The notes under the pieces are model-generated. The model did not search any database. It had not been told where the DNA came from and was given only the letters and a program-made list of their open reading frames with translations. The translations under genes were made by a program, and so were the position numbers. Positions 25,322 to 37,238 of a stretch of 64,000 bases of DNA are shown piece after piece; positions within the stretch are counted from its first letter, which is position 1; every line of letters starts with the position of its first letter. Source of the DNA: Cyanophora paradoxa CCMP329. Its lineage: Eukaryota > Plantae > Glaucophyta. The stretch covers positions 1 to 64,000 of the forward strand of contig QPMI01000404.1 of NCBI GenBank assembly GCA_004431415.1, given 5' to 3'.

Positions 25322-25825
25322 TTGGCGATCGGCAGCCGCTGGGTGCTGTGCGTGCGGGCGATGGGCGTGCTGCAGCGGGCGGGGCGCCTGGACGCTGCCG
25401 CCGTGCCGCGGTTCCGGGAGGAGCAGCTGCTCGGCGAGCTGCGCGCCGCCCGCGCCCGCGTCCTCGAGGACCCGGCCGCCTCGGCCCACGGCCTCCTCAA
25501 GCGCCTCAACAAGGCCCTCCTCGAGCGCCCCGCCCGCCGCGCCGACCTCTCCGCCGCCGACTGGACCCGCCGCGTCTTCTCCGAGGCCGCCGAGGTGCCC
25601 CGCCCTCTCGCGATCGCCCTCTCGAGCTGTACCCCTCTCGCCTCGGCGGGAAGAGCCCCTGACGGCGGAGGGGCGGCAGCTGGCGGGGGCGCAGGGGGAC
25701 GAGGAGCTGAGGCGGGGGGCCCTCGCCGCCATCGCGGAGGGCCTCGGAGAGGGCGGGGCCGATCGCGGGGAGGAGAATCGCGGCCCAGCGACGCCGACCT
25801 GTACAGCCCCTGGCGATTGCGATGA
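25322..25825 (+). CDS. Hypothetical small helical protein or fragment
   Basis: The core MGVLQRAGRLDAAAVPRFREEQLLGELRAARARVLEDP...WTRRVFSEAAE has GC3-biased codons. No family recognised. Confidence 0.3.
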   Translation: MAIGSRWVLCVRAMGVLQRAGRLDAAAVPRFREEQLLGELRAARARVLEDPAASAHGLLKRLNKALLERPARRADLSAADWTRRVFSEAAEVPRPLAIALSSCTPLASAGRAPDGGGAAAGGGAGGRGAEAGGPRRHRGGPRRGRGRSRGGESRPSDADLYSPWRLR

Positions 25826-27089
25826 TCCCGCGGCCGGCGCCGAGTGAAATTTCATGCATTGCCACTCGAGCTCGCGATCGGCCACGTGCACGCTCAGCGG
25901 ATCTTAGCCTATTCTAGAACATTCGTTTGCATTTGAGGCTCCTAGGCTCGGCGCATGTTTTCATTTCAATTTATATACATGTACCTAGTGCGTCACAAAC
26001 CTTCAAATGATTATGAGAGCGCGAATGCGCTCGAGCTCTTTCCTGAGGGCTTTCTCTGTCACGATCATGATCAGTATTGAAGGATTGCCAAGTTAATGAA
26101 CTCGGAATAAATTAAGATAGAGAGAATATATAGGTCTCTTTCTGTTGTAATGTATTTGATATTCCTTCTCTTTCTATTGGAGTATCTCACTGTGACATAG
26201 TATTCGCTTTGGAATAATATTGCAGCTATAGCGCTATCCATCAGAAATCAGCTTCTCACGTGCCACGGTGCACAATGCATATGCCAGCAATTTCAAGCTG
26301 CAGACTTTCCATTAATTATAATTTATTCGGATTCGGATCGACCGATGCTTTTCTCACAAAGCCCATATCAAGGGCGGTGGCGATTGTATTTGTTCAGTAA
26401 CATTATCGTACGCACTACCGGTTCGGAAATGGCCGAACTCTGGGTCAGAGCATAACCTGAGGCCGGAACACAGGGATAGGCGCTTCGACGCTACGGCTGA
26501 GCGTTTCTCTTGTAGGGGGAGGCGTGGTAGGGGGTCGTGTGTCGTGTTCGTGAGTGTAGGTGCGTGTAGGTCGGCGCCGAGGGGGCCAGCTTTATCGGGC
26601 GGGAGAGAGGGGTGGGGAGGGGGGGGTGGGGGCGACGCGGGCTAGGGTAGCGGGCGCGCCCCCTTATTTTTTATTGCGTTTGGGGCGCGGGGTTTATGTG
26701 GTCCTGGGAAGAGACAGTGTCGGGAGGGGCTGCGGGGGCGGTCGGTTACGGGCGGGGTAGGCGCCCTGGTGTAGTCGGGGGACAGAGGGGCGTGGCGGGG
26801 GGTACCGGCCGTGGGGCTAGTCTGTCGCTAGCCTCGGGGCCAGGGGAAGAGCTTTAGGGGGGGGCGGGCCCGCAAGTGGGCAGGGCTGTACGCGGGGGCG
26901 GGGTAGGGGGGTGACATTGCTTCATAGAGCTATCTAACTCAGAGAGAGGGGGCGGTGGGCTCGTCTAGGGGCCCCCTTCTTCGGCAGTCATGCTACCGCG
27001 GATTGTACATAGAGAAAGGTGAAAGGAAAACTGAGGCCGAAAGGGTAAAGGGGCCGAAGCCTTTGAGATCGAAAAGAGAGGGAAGTCTA

Positions 27090-27760
27090 CGCCGCCGCGT
27101 TGTCGGCGGCGGCCGCCCGGCGGCCGGCCAGGAGGGCCTCGATGGCGGCGGGGCCCCCGAGGGCCGAGGTGAGCTCGGCCAGCACGCGCTGGGCCGCCTG
27201 GTAGTTGGTGAGCGAGATGGTGGCCGGCCCGGGGCCGGGGGCGGGGGCCGGGCCCGGGGCGAGAAGACGGCCCGGGAGGCCCCTGAGCAGGGAGGAGGGC
27301 TGCATACGGGCGGAAGCGGAGGTTGGCGCCCAGCGCGTTGAGGCCGAGGGCCTGCACGGCCGCCGCGTATTTCTTGGGCACTAGCTCCTGCATTTCTTCT
27401 GCGGCGAAAAGCTTCCATACCGCGAAGGAGGGGTCACAGAGCGCTCGAATGTACGTGCCTGCTTGCGCCAGGAGGCGGCTCTCAAGGTCGAGGGCTCCGA
27501 GGCCGCCGTGGGACGGTGGGAGGACCGCTTTCGCTCGTGCTATCCGGCCGCGCGCGCTGCGCTTCCGGGCGGGTGCATCTGCGGACGAGGGCCATATTGC
27601 TGCCCAGTATTCGTCCTTAATGGCTTGCAATTGGAGGGCGGACGGGGGGCACGGTAGGAACGCGGCCGCGTACATATTGACAGACGCAACGATGGCCGTG
27701 GCTTTTTTTTTGGAAAGCCTGTTGCATTCGTACACACTTGACAACAGTCCCCCGCTCCTC
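27090..27760 (-). pseudogene. L1/Tx1-type LINE ORF2 fragment (post-RT thumb region)
   Basis: ...YWAAIW...RIARAKAVLPPSHGGLGALDLESRLLAQ...W matches the conserved LP...GGLG motif that follows RT in L1/Tx1 elements. Confidence 0.7.
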
Positions 27761-29022
27761 GCCTACCGGATACTGGGATGCTGACTGCAGGAGGAGATAG
27801 ATGACAAGAGTGCTACAGCTAGTAGTCGTGTCGAGCTGGTGCTTGAGCTGTAGTCTACCGAGTCGCCTCCAGAACATAATATGCGCCGGTCCTCTAGCAG
27901 TGAGCGCGGCATTATGAGCTGCACGGTCCTAGATGCCCGCTTGCTGTCTCGTAGAAATTGGCCGTGGTGCGCTGTGTCCTATCTAATAATGGGGAGATGC
28001 GGTAGGGGAAGAGGGTCCGCGGTGTCGTCGCGCCCGTCGTCGTCGCCGCCGTTCGAAGTCCAGCTCCGACCAGTAGGACGAGGCGCCGCGCTCCGAGACC
28101 TGCGCCACCCCCCCCCCCTCCCCCTCCCTCCCCCCACCCCTTCCCTCCCCCCCCTCCCCCGGACCTCCTCGCTAGCCCCTGTATTTCAGGATGTCGTGCC
28201 CCGAGGGTCGACATGAAGGAAGTGATATGTAGCTGACAGGCGCAGTGATGAGCTGAGTAGTTGGCGGGCGTATCTGGAGGGGCAGAGCAGATGTGGGAGA
28301 CGGGCCGGGCCTGTGGGGGTGATCGCGCCATGGTGGATGCGGCGGCAGCCGCACGTTGCGCACATGTCTGGGAGGTATTGGAGTATGCTGCCGGGCTTTC
28401 GAGGTTTGCGCGGCTTCGGGGAGGGCGTCGGCAGTGGCGTCGGCGGCGGCGGCGGCGGCCGGGGCAGCGGGGGCAGCTCTTCCAGTCGGGCTGGCTGTCG
28501 GCGTCGGAGTTTTTTCCGGGGTTCCGAGGTTGTCTGGCCCGCGGGGGCGCGCATGCTAGGCGGCCGCACCGTAGCTTCTGCCATCGGTTTCCATTCGCCT
28601 GGGGCAAAGAATTTAAAGATGGAGCCCTCAGGGAGCCCTGGAATGGGGTCCGGTGGAGAGGCTGAGGCGTCACGCTTGCCGCGTTTCTGTCCTGGAGGCT
28701 TCCGAGGGCCGGGGTGTGTTTGCGTTTGCTGCTCAGCGGCTCTGATGGTGTTATCTCTGGGCGACGCTTGGCGCTGGGGGCCGGGGCTGCATCGTCATCC
28801 TCCACCGTACGTTTGGAGCCAACGGGTGGGGCTTACTGGTGGGCGGTGGCGGGTGCTGCGGGGCCCCGTGCTCGTCTCTGAAGCGTTTAGCTGATGTCGG
28901 GGGTGCTGCGGGCGTGGCCGCAGGCCGTTTCACTACGCGGGCGGGGGGCTGCGGGGGGTATAGAAGGGGTAGTTCCAAGTCGTTCGTCGAGGACGTGGGC
29001 TGGGAGGGGCTAGGATTGCGGA

Positions 29023-30330
29023 CTAGGTGGAATCCGACCCCCGCTGCGCTGTCGATGCAGAGACCTGTAGCGAGGTGGCGGAGGCACAGGCGGGCGGAGG
29101 CAAAGCTTGCCCCGCAGGTGTCGCAGCGAGGGCGTCGCGCTTCGAGTTCGCGGAGGCGGGCGCTACGTCGGGGGGGCTGGCTGTCCTGATGCTGAGCTGG
29201 GTGCTGACCGGGTTCCTCTTCCAGCTTCTTCCAGGTGAACGCCGCCAGCTCGGCCGCCAGGGCAGGAGCTGCCCCGCCGAGGTACTCCGTGATCGTGACT
29301 TGTTGGCGTTCGAGCGAGGGGCACCGGGTAGTCGGGTAAGAGGAATTGGAGCCGGGGCTGGAGTAGGGACCTGAGCCATCATCGAGGCCTTGGTCCGCTT
29401 GGTGCGTTTTTTTCCCGGCGTGATGCCGTGTTCCTGTTCCCAGGCTATGACTGCGTCGCAGCGGGTTTTCCAGATGCTCCGTGCATGCTCGTCCGCTAGT
29501 TGCACCAAGCCGTTCACTGCTTGCTTCGAGGTCGTGGCTAGAGCTCGAACTCCGAATGCTCGGAGTAGGACGTGAATTCCTTGCGGGGCGACAAGCTGGA
29601 AGAGAGCTCGAAATTCGAATTGGTGAAGGAGGTCAGCTGCTTCGAGAATAGCTAGTTTTTGGCCCTGTGGGCAATCCGGAGCGAATTCGAGCGGAGGGCT
29701 GGACATGCCGGGGTCTAGTAGGAAGGGGAACAGCGCGTCCCAGGAGCTGCGAAGTCCCGTCGGCTTGTGTTTCATCACATGTTTAAGGACGTGCTCGCGG
29801 GCGGCTAGGCGGAAGACGTTGACGGCAGTAGCGGCAGCAGGGCATACCCAGATGTGATCGAAGTCTTCCTCTGCGAGGCGGCAGCGGGGGCAAATTGGTC
29901 CCTCGGGGCAGATTGCCGCATAGATGTCCGGGCGCGTGCGAGCACGGACTCGCAGCGTGGCCAAAGATGCAGTCAGCAGTTTTGAGCGCGTCGCGCGAAG
30001 CTGAACCCCGGCTTGGGTCTTGCGGCGTCCATCTTTGCGGTGTGCGGACATGAGGGAGAGAGCGGCGTCGAGTTGGCCGCCAGTGAAGCGCAGGAGTCTA
30101 CCAGCTTCGAGTTGACAGCTCCACTGAATGAAGTCCACGAGCTGGGCTTCCTCGTCCATGTGTTTGCGCGGGTCTCCGTTCACGCGGTACGCCAAGAGGT
30201 GGCCGGCGTATCTCTCTGTGCCGGTCGGCAGCTCCGCAGAGCCAGACTTAAGCTTGGTGCCATAGCGGATAAGCGGGGTAGTAGACCCGCATCCTGCGGG
30301 AAGGTATAGGAGGGCAGGGCAGGGCCCATC
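29023..30330 (-). pseudogene. LINE ORF C-terminal part with CCHC (zf-RVT-like) finger
   Basis: CPRCRLAEEDFDHIWVC and IWKTRCDAVIAWEQEHGI. It is in frame with the 40606+ segment once element B is removed (..AKSCNDG|PCPALL..). Confidence 0.85.
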
Positions 30331-30567
30331 AAAAAAATCCACTTTGTGCCCACTCTACGGGACTGGGCCTCTTCGCCGTCATCCGCCACCCCATCCCCTC
30401 GTCATCACGTTAGCGGTGTCTGATTGCAACCTGACTCATAAAGAGCATTCAGGGTCATAGCTAGTCGCAAAATCGTCTGAAAAGAGATTTGGCGTGTGGT
30501 AACGAAATTTGGCGTGGGGTAACGATTTAAAAAACGAATTCCTAGATGAACCACAGCTCATAATTAA
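30331..30567 (+). repeat. Left TIR of element B
   Basis: Starts AAAAAAATCCACTTTGTGCCC and is the reverse complement of 40369-40605, with two mismatches seen. Confidence 0.95.
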
Positions 30568-30663
30568 TAAAATTCAAATCGTCCCTACTACGGTTTCCTT
30601 GAAGAAGCCTGGCTCAAAATTAACCTTATAGCCAACGAACCGACCAATCGACCTTTCGAGTTG

Positions 30664-31596
30664 CTACTTCTGTTTCGGCGCGCTTCGCAAATTATGCTTG
30701 ACGGGACCACCTAAATATTTCGGATTAAAATCGCTCGCAAGCTTCTTCAGCTCCCTCGCCTGCCGCGTCTGTCCGGCATATTTCTTAGTTTCGATCAAGC
30801 CCTCTCGCCTCAGCTTGCGCTCGACCTTCTCCTTAGCCGCTTTCTTCTCTATACGCTCGCTAGCTATAGGGACTGCGGTGCTAGCAGGCCTGATCTCCTG
30901 GGGTTTGACCCTCCGTTTAATCTCGACTCCGTCCTTGGTGATCAGCCTCACACGGTTCCTGTCAGCGCCGACGACCGTGTACACCTCCTTGCTTGGCTGA
31001 GCCGTTCCCTTTGCAAATATTGAGGGCTTCGGCTCTAAGACGCGCACCTTGGTCCCAGGCTCGAACTTAGGCGCAGCCTCGCGCTCGATTTGATTTTGCT
31101 TCTGAATTAATTCGTGCAGCTGCTGTCCTACCGCAGGACGCTCATGCACCCACAAGGGAGATACCTCACCACCGAAGGCAGAGTGCTTTGTTCCGTTATA
31201 GGCCTTCACTAGCATTGGGATCCGGCTCAGGAAGAAGGGAGAGCCCCGAGCCTCGGAATCCTTTCGAATCAGAGCCCTCAGAGTCCGAGCGAAGCGATCA
31301 ATAATCCCGAGCTTATCACCCTTCGTAATATGATCGTCCTTTGCGATGTCAGTGTGCATACTCAGATTATTGGAAGCAGCCATGTCCCTTATCGCTTTCG
31401 TATTAAAGCCAGCATCAGCCGCAAAGCCCCATATCCCATCTAAGCTAGCAATGAATTTCGGTAGCTGTGAGAACGTCTCCAGTTTTCTGACGACAGCAAA
31501 GCGCGAGGCAATTTCAATCGCAGCGAAGAGCCTGTACTTTCCAATGAAAAGTACGTCGATTTGATATGCGCCAGGCGGGGCTGAGATTTGATACAT
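30664..31596 (-). CDS. rve-type integrase, short (310 aa)
   Basis: YQIDVLF, FAADAGF, GIIDRFART, YNGTKHSAF, and the SH3-like FEPGTKVRV...SKEVYTV. Confidence 0.85.
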   Translation of the reverse strand: MYQISAPPGAYQIDVLFIGKYRLFAAIEIASRFAVVRKLETFSQLPKFIASLDGIWGFAADAGFNTKAIRDMAASNNLSMHTDIAKDDHITKGDKLGIIDRFARTLRALIRKDSEARGSPFFLSRIPMLVKAYNGTKHSAFGGEVSPLWVHERPAVGQQLHELIQKQNQIEREAAPKFEPGTKVRVLEPKPSIFAKGTAQPSKEVYTVVGADRNRVRLITKDGVEIKRRVKPQEIRPASTAVPIASERIEKKAAKEKVERKLRREGLIETKKYAGQTRQARELKKLASDFNPKYLGGPVKHNLRSAPKQK

Positions 31597-31603
31597 TTAA
31601 TGA

Positions 31604-34600
31604 TTACGCAGCATTATTGTGCCAGTGTCCAAGCGCTCGAGTATCGACCTTGTTGTCGCACAGGAATCGCTTTGTATCGAGAGTGTGCAACGCCTGCTTA
31701 GTCGTCCTCTGTAAAATGATCTCATGTTGCTTTGATCGAAACTGATGAATGCCTTCAACAACGCATGATGCGCCCTTATCGATGCAGTCGAAGAATTGCT
31801 GACGTCTTAGCTGCTTCATGTAATTTCTGTTTATTCCCTTGCAAACGACTTTTTCATCATCCTCGTCCTTTTCTTTTTCGCGATCCTCTGGCAAACTATA
31901 CCAGTAGCTCTTTGGTCGGTTCCCAATGAACTCCAGCATTTGCACGCCGTTCATTACATCCTTGAAAAGCCCTGGCACCTTCTTCGTCGCCTTTTTAATC
32001 CTTTTAATCTGATCGAGAGTCATCCCAGTAAACAGCGGATGATCATCTTTGTAACCGCTCACATCTAGGTGCGGCATGATCTTCCTCATATCATCGTAGA
32101 TGTCATAATCTGGGTCTGATGAAGTTACCTCAAGGATCAAACTGTCAGTATCGGTGGCGAGCAGCCTCATGTTGTCTCCCCACAACGGCTTCAGAACGGT
32201 ATAGTAGAACTTGTACATGTGCAACTTGGCCAGTTCGAGAATAGCAAAGCCACCGTAAATCGGTTTGTTTAAAAGCTGGACAGTCTTTCTATTTTCAACG
32301 AAAGCAAAGTCTCCGAATTCTTCGACTCTTTTTACACGCTTTGGTTCAGCAGCAAGCTTACTCAACCTAGCGGGATCAGTAACAAGTTCGGCCTTGATAT
32401 GATTACGAACATTTTCGATATTCTTGCCGAAAACGCTGTTGCTTGCCAACTTGAAATAATCTTGCAAGAACTTGTACGAGGCCTCTGCCCGTTTTAGCGT
32501 GTTTAGATCGGTAAATGTTTTAAGCCAAGCCACTTGCTTATAGCTGACGACTCGGTGGATCTTCTTTACAACTAATCCCATTTGAACATAGAACTGGAGA
32601 ACTCGTCCATCGGTAACGTAATTCTTCTTGCTTAGCAGATTCGGCACGAGCTTCTTCGTCTTCTCAACGTGAATAAGCTTTTCGTCAGCTATAACCTTCT
32701 GCTGAGCGGCGGAGAGGAGACTGGAAGATACAAGCATAGTCTCTGGGGCAAGTGGGTAATCCGAAAACTTGTCGTGTAATTCATTTGGCACTTCTAGGTC
32801 GATCTCCAATGTATAGCCACGGTCGCCATCAAAGTCAAAGCTTGCAATCTGTGATATATCGAGTGTCTCGTCTAACTTGAAATCGCCAACGGGAAGCTTT
32901 TGTGACTCTGCAAAGCAATACAGAGCATTAGCGTCGAAGTACATAAGATACGATGTAAGCTTTGTCCGATCATGATCCTTCAGATACTTGTTGTTCGCCT
33001 TTGCATGGCGCTTTGAAATCATGGATATACCGCCTCTTATTCCATTCTCAAACATACGGTATATCGACTCCTGGCCTTCGTGCAACAGGTCGAATTCAAC
33101 CTTCGTTAGTTTAAGAGCAGTGTTCCAGAAAAACCCAGGCGACGACATGTAATAGGCAGGATCCAGACCGTAAGTATCCATTGATTCAGACCGATAGTTC
33201 TCGAAGATGTCGGCGAGCAAAGTGATATCGAGAGCCATATAATGAAGCATATAGTCTCGCAAAGTCATACAACCAAGCGCAGACCATACCCTCTGTGCAT
33301 GCAGATAATCATCATCAGATATCCCCTCGTTCTTGAGGCTGCTAAAGAATCGCTCCTTCACTGGCAAGCAAGTATCTTCAAGCTTTGAGTCGTCATCAAC
33401 GTACTCATAAGGAAAAACACCTTTACGAGTCATCAGTTCAAACATATGCAGCTCAGGGAAAAGCTTCCTAGTGTAAACGAATTTCGAATAATCGGGAGAA
33501 CCGTCTTCATTTTTTAAGATCAGGCCTTTAGCCAGTTCTTCGAGGCTGCCCAGCATATGCTTTGAGCTGTCTCTGAATTTGTAGATGCCGTAAGTAAGCT
33601 GGGATATCTTCTCGCTGTTCTGGAAAATGGCTCCCCAACTATCAGTCAAGAGTCCTTCCGGTCGCATCGTCCACATCAGTTCCTTATGTTTTTGCTCGAT
33701 CAGTTCTTTGATCGCAGCCTCGGACAGTGACGCCTGATTTTCAGCAGTGATTATCGGCTTCAAACGCTCGATCTCGTCCTTGACGCGTTTCTTATAATCC
33801 TCAGCCGCAGCCTTTCGACGAACCATTCCTTTGATTAAAGCCATGAGTACCAGATGCGAGTCAAAGCCTGTGAGGTTATGAGCGAATATCGATACCTCAA
33901 TTGACTTTGCCCTGCGACGGTTGCATCCATGACAAGCAGCGCCTAGATATTCCCGGTATCATGGTTGTGATCAGCTTTTTTCTCCCCATTGATCTCCTCT
34001 TTGCAAAGATAACAGTGCGTTGCAGCTCTGTGGAATTCCTTATCGTCCGCAGTCATTACGATTGGCTTTTTCCGTTTCAACAGTTTCCAAAGTTTAGGCT
34101 CAATTTCATCTAGCCAACCCACGAATTCTTCGGCTAAAGCTGCTTCATCAGGACCCGATTTCTTAAACCAAAGTGGTTCACGCAATCCCTTCCCGATGAT
34201 CTGGCATCCGATTGCAGCGAGCTCATTCTTTGACAAGTCTACTGTAGTTTTCTTCTTCTTCTTTTGCGAGTTCGCTTGCGTGCCGCTATCACTAATCGCT
34301 TTAAAACGAGTCTCTGTATCAAAGCTGCCAATCAAACGAGCGCGAATAGTCTTGGCGAAATCCATAAACTTCAAATTATGTTTTCCCTCCTTCGGAAGCT
34401 TATCGGCAACAAGCTCAGTTCTCTCAAGACAGCGGTCGAATTTCATGTGATTATCGTATGCAGACTCACTCGAGAATGCACGCTGGCAGGCGAGGCATAT
34501 CTTTTTAGCATGCTCATTGGCCGATCTCAATAACCGACTAACGTTCTTAACCCAGACGTAGTGCCCGACGTGCTCCGCATTTTCTCGAGGGATATACAGC

Positions 34601-35715
34601 AAAACGATTGCGTCGTTTGAGCCTGAGAAATAAACAAGCGAGACTTTTCCCTCATCGTCATCAGAAGGCATGTAAATGCACAACTTTAGATCGTTTGCAG
34701 CTTCGAAGCGTCTGAAGATATTCGAGTCTAGCGGCGTCGGCTCAGGGATCATCGTCCAGTCGTATTTGGAAGCGTGCTCTCGATAGTGCGTTAGGTCTCG
34801 CGCATCAGCACCTGTGGGGGGAGGATGCAGAGCGGCCAGCACAGCGTACTTGAAGCATTGACCTTCGGGCGAGTTCGGATTGATTGCGCATTTCTTGTTC
34901 TTTATCCAAGTCGGGATTTCAACGGTATTGCGAGCTCCTCCGATTAATCGCAGATGCATGAGTGTATGAACTCTCACGTCCAGATAAGTCACCAGCTCCC
35001 AGCTGTCATTTGAGTGCTCCACAATGTTATCGATTTCAATCATGTGCCTGAGGAGAACCTCGGACAGATCCTCGCCAGGCAATATCCGCTTGTAATCTGG
35101 CTCAAAGATTCTAGGCCTAGAGAACGTCTCATGGACCTCCCCGTTGATGATCTCGATTTTCTTGAATTGACCCCAGGCAGAAACCTTCATGATGATTCCC
35201 TGGTCTCTCTCGTTTGCATCAGCTACCCGCCGAGTCAGATATTCGACGAAGCCATCTCGAAATTCTGAGTTCGTACGCACGAGTGCTGCGAGAGATTGGA
35301 CTGGCTGCAGTTCGATAGGAATACGGTCCGTCACTGTATCGGAAACTCCATTCAAAGCAGTCGTTCTCACATAGAACTGGTGCGATCCGGCGACAACACG
35401 CACCTGCTGACCTTCGGGATCTGGTTCGTAGCCAGGTAGCTCATCGTAGGCCATAGCTCGGTCCGCTGCGATACTGATTGGCGCAGCTCTCTCTGAGATA
35501 CGACGCCTCGGTCTAAAGTTCAGCGTTTTCAGAGCGTCGACGATAATCTTGTACTTTTGAATTGTCGTAAACCTAGCCCGAGAGCTGGCCGCCGCAATTC
35601 TCAGAATTTTATTTTCAAACACACTTGTTATAACTCCCTGCAAGCGCAAAGCAACGGCATCCGCGAACAGTCTCTGCTTGATTTCATTCAACGCCCGGCG
35701 CTGTGACGTCGACAT
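31604..35715 (-). CDS. pPolB (~1,370 aa) with one 1-nt frameshift near 33950
   Basis: ORFs 33943-35715 and 31604-33844. Bridging them restores DHNHDTG-x-YLGAACHGCN..FAHNLTGFDSHL. Other motifs are RKGVFPYEY, YFDANALY, FKLASNSVFGK and TDTDSL. Confidence 0.95.
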
Positions 35716-35874
35716 TTCTTTTTTGAATAGAGCTGATATTATTTTTGAGACATCAACGCGCTTCAGCGCCGAGATTGCTGGGCAGAAACCGTTCTACTAT
35801 TAGAGATCGCGATTCATTTAAGTCATGCAGATCACGCTCGGTGAGCGAAAAAGAAACGGGGGCCGGGCTTCGAT

Positions 35875-36204
35875 CTACGCCGCCGTCTCCCTTGCTGCTA
35901 ACTTCGCAAGCCGCTGCTTCTCTCGCCATTGCCGGTTGCATTCCTTTGCACGCTCACGCTTCTCGGGGTCGCTCAGATATTTCCGACGCCTGGCTCGCTC
36001 CTTCTCTCGATACTGCTCGATGTTTTGCAGGCGCTTGATCCTTTGCATTTTCAGAAACTCATCATGAGGCATCACTTCTTTCTCGTATACCCTTACGACC
36101 AGCACTTTGACCTTCCTTGGCTGAAGGCAGGAGTGCGAAGCACAAGTAGCTTCTTGCCTACGGTCATCTTGTGCCTTGCACTGCTCCATCTCATAGCCGC
36201 TCAT
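35875..36204 (-). CDS. Small basic coiled-coil hypothetical protein
   Basis: ATG-initiated 109-aa ORF between AT-rich spacers, with an R/E/K-rich helix (YREKERARRRKY..NRQWREKQR). Confidence 0.55.
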   Translation of the reverse strand: MSGYEMEQCKAQDDRRQEATCASHSCLQPRKVKVLVVRVYEKEVMPHDEFLKMQRIKRLQNIEQYREKERARRRKYLSDPEKRERAKECNRQWREKQRLAKLAARETAA

Positions 36205-36304
36205 TATTATCCGCTGAGATTTATTTTTCGAAATATCACGCAGACTTCAACGCCGCGTCGCTTCGCTTGATATTATAAGGGAGTGTTTTCTTTAAGTGCT
36301 GTAA

Positions 36305-36709
36305 ATGAGCGGCTCTGACAGCGAATCATCTTGCGAAAACAATCACGAGAACACTACGATCGAGCTTAGATGGCCCGGCCGCACAATCTTCTCTTCCGCT
36401 GATCGGATCACATTTGGCACTTACAAAGGGTGGTTTTACAAAGAGCTCGTTAAGCTAATGCCGGATTATTGCCTGTGGCTGCTGGATCAGCCTTGGCTTC
36501 CTCCCTTCGATCGCTCCGTTTTGACAAAGCTTTTAACCGCCGGAGGCAAGGCTCACGGCTTGGCGGGTGCCGTTTCCGTCCGACAAAGCGTGCAAATGCC
36601 GAAGCCGCCAAAGAAGAAGCCTTGTCGACTGCGTAAACACGCTCAAACCCTGAAGCGTTGTAGACCAATATCTGGAACGAGTGACCCCATTCCAGGTGCA
36701 GACGCTTGA
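36305..36709 (+). CDS. Small protein with FGxYKG..Y..W module (DUF3820/exonuclease X C-terminal-like)
   Basis: ITFGTYKGWFYKELVKLMPDYCLWLLDQ, with a TATA-like TATTATAA upstream near 36270. Confidence 0.6.
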   Translation: MSGSDSESSCENNHENTTIELRWPGRTIFSSADRITFGTYKGWFYKELVKLMPDYCLWLLDQPWLPPFDRSVLTKLLTAGGKAHGLAGAVSVRQSVQMPKPPKKKPCRLRKHAQTLKRCRPISGTSDPIPGADA

Positions 36710-37238
36710 GCTCCTCTCGAGTCATTCCTGCATTATATTCATCGAAGCAGCAGTTGAATTCTTTTATGTTGCTAAGAATGCTGGAAAAGCAGACGTACTC
36801 ACAATTGCGCCTGATTGTGGGGCTGATCCCGCACAGCCGCTGCGTGGTTATCAGCAGCGATATTCGGTAGTGCCTTCCCGATGTAAATAGCTTCTGCAGC
36901 AGCCGGTTGTTGTGCACATTGATGCTAAAATCGTCAAGCAGATCATCTAAGATAACCGCTGTTATCGGGGCCGGCTTGCCTCCGGCGATTAAACTTTTTT
37001 GACGATGCAGCAGATTAAATACGATCTCTTCTTCCCAGCCTTCACAAATGTTCTCCTTGCGGGTTACATCGTTCCATTGACCTGTAAAAGCCGTTGAGCT
37101 GAAGATATATATCTCGGACAGCTGATCCGCCGTTTTTGCAAGAAGATGCTTCAAATAAGTAGACTTGCCTGTGTTCGTCGGTCCCACCAGGAGGAAGCGC
37201 TTCGGGTGCTCGATTTTGCTTGCATTAAACAGGTTCAT
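36450..37238 (-). CDS. A32/FtsK-HerA-like DNA packaging ATPase
   Basis: Walker A GPTNTGKS, Walker B AVILDD, LFTSGRHYRISLLITTQ and IRRN. Confidence 0.93.
   Translation of the reverse strand: MNLFNASKIEHPKRFLLVGPTNTGKSTYLKHLLAKTADQLSEIYIFSSTAFTGQWNDVTRKENICEGWEEEIVFNLLHRQKSLIAGGKPAPITAVILDDLLDDFSINVHNNRLLQKLFTSGRHYRISLLITTQRLCGISPTIRRNCEYVCFSSILSNIKEFNCCFDEYNAGMTREELKRLHLEWGHSFQILVYNASGFERVYAVDKASSLAASAFARFVGRKRHPPSREPCLRRLKALSKRSDRREEAKADPAATGNNPALA

Noticed and set aside
33844-33960. Programmed frameshift or two-gene pPolB
   Set aside because: The break falls inside a conserved Zn motif and one added base restores it, so mutation or sequencing error is more likely.
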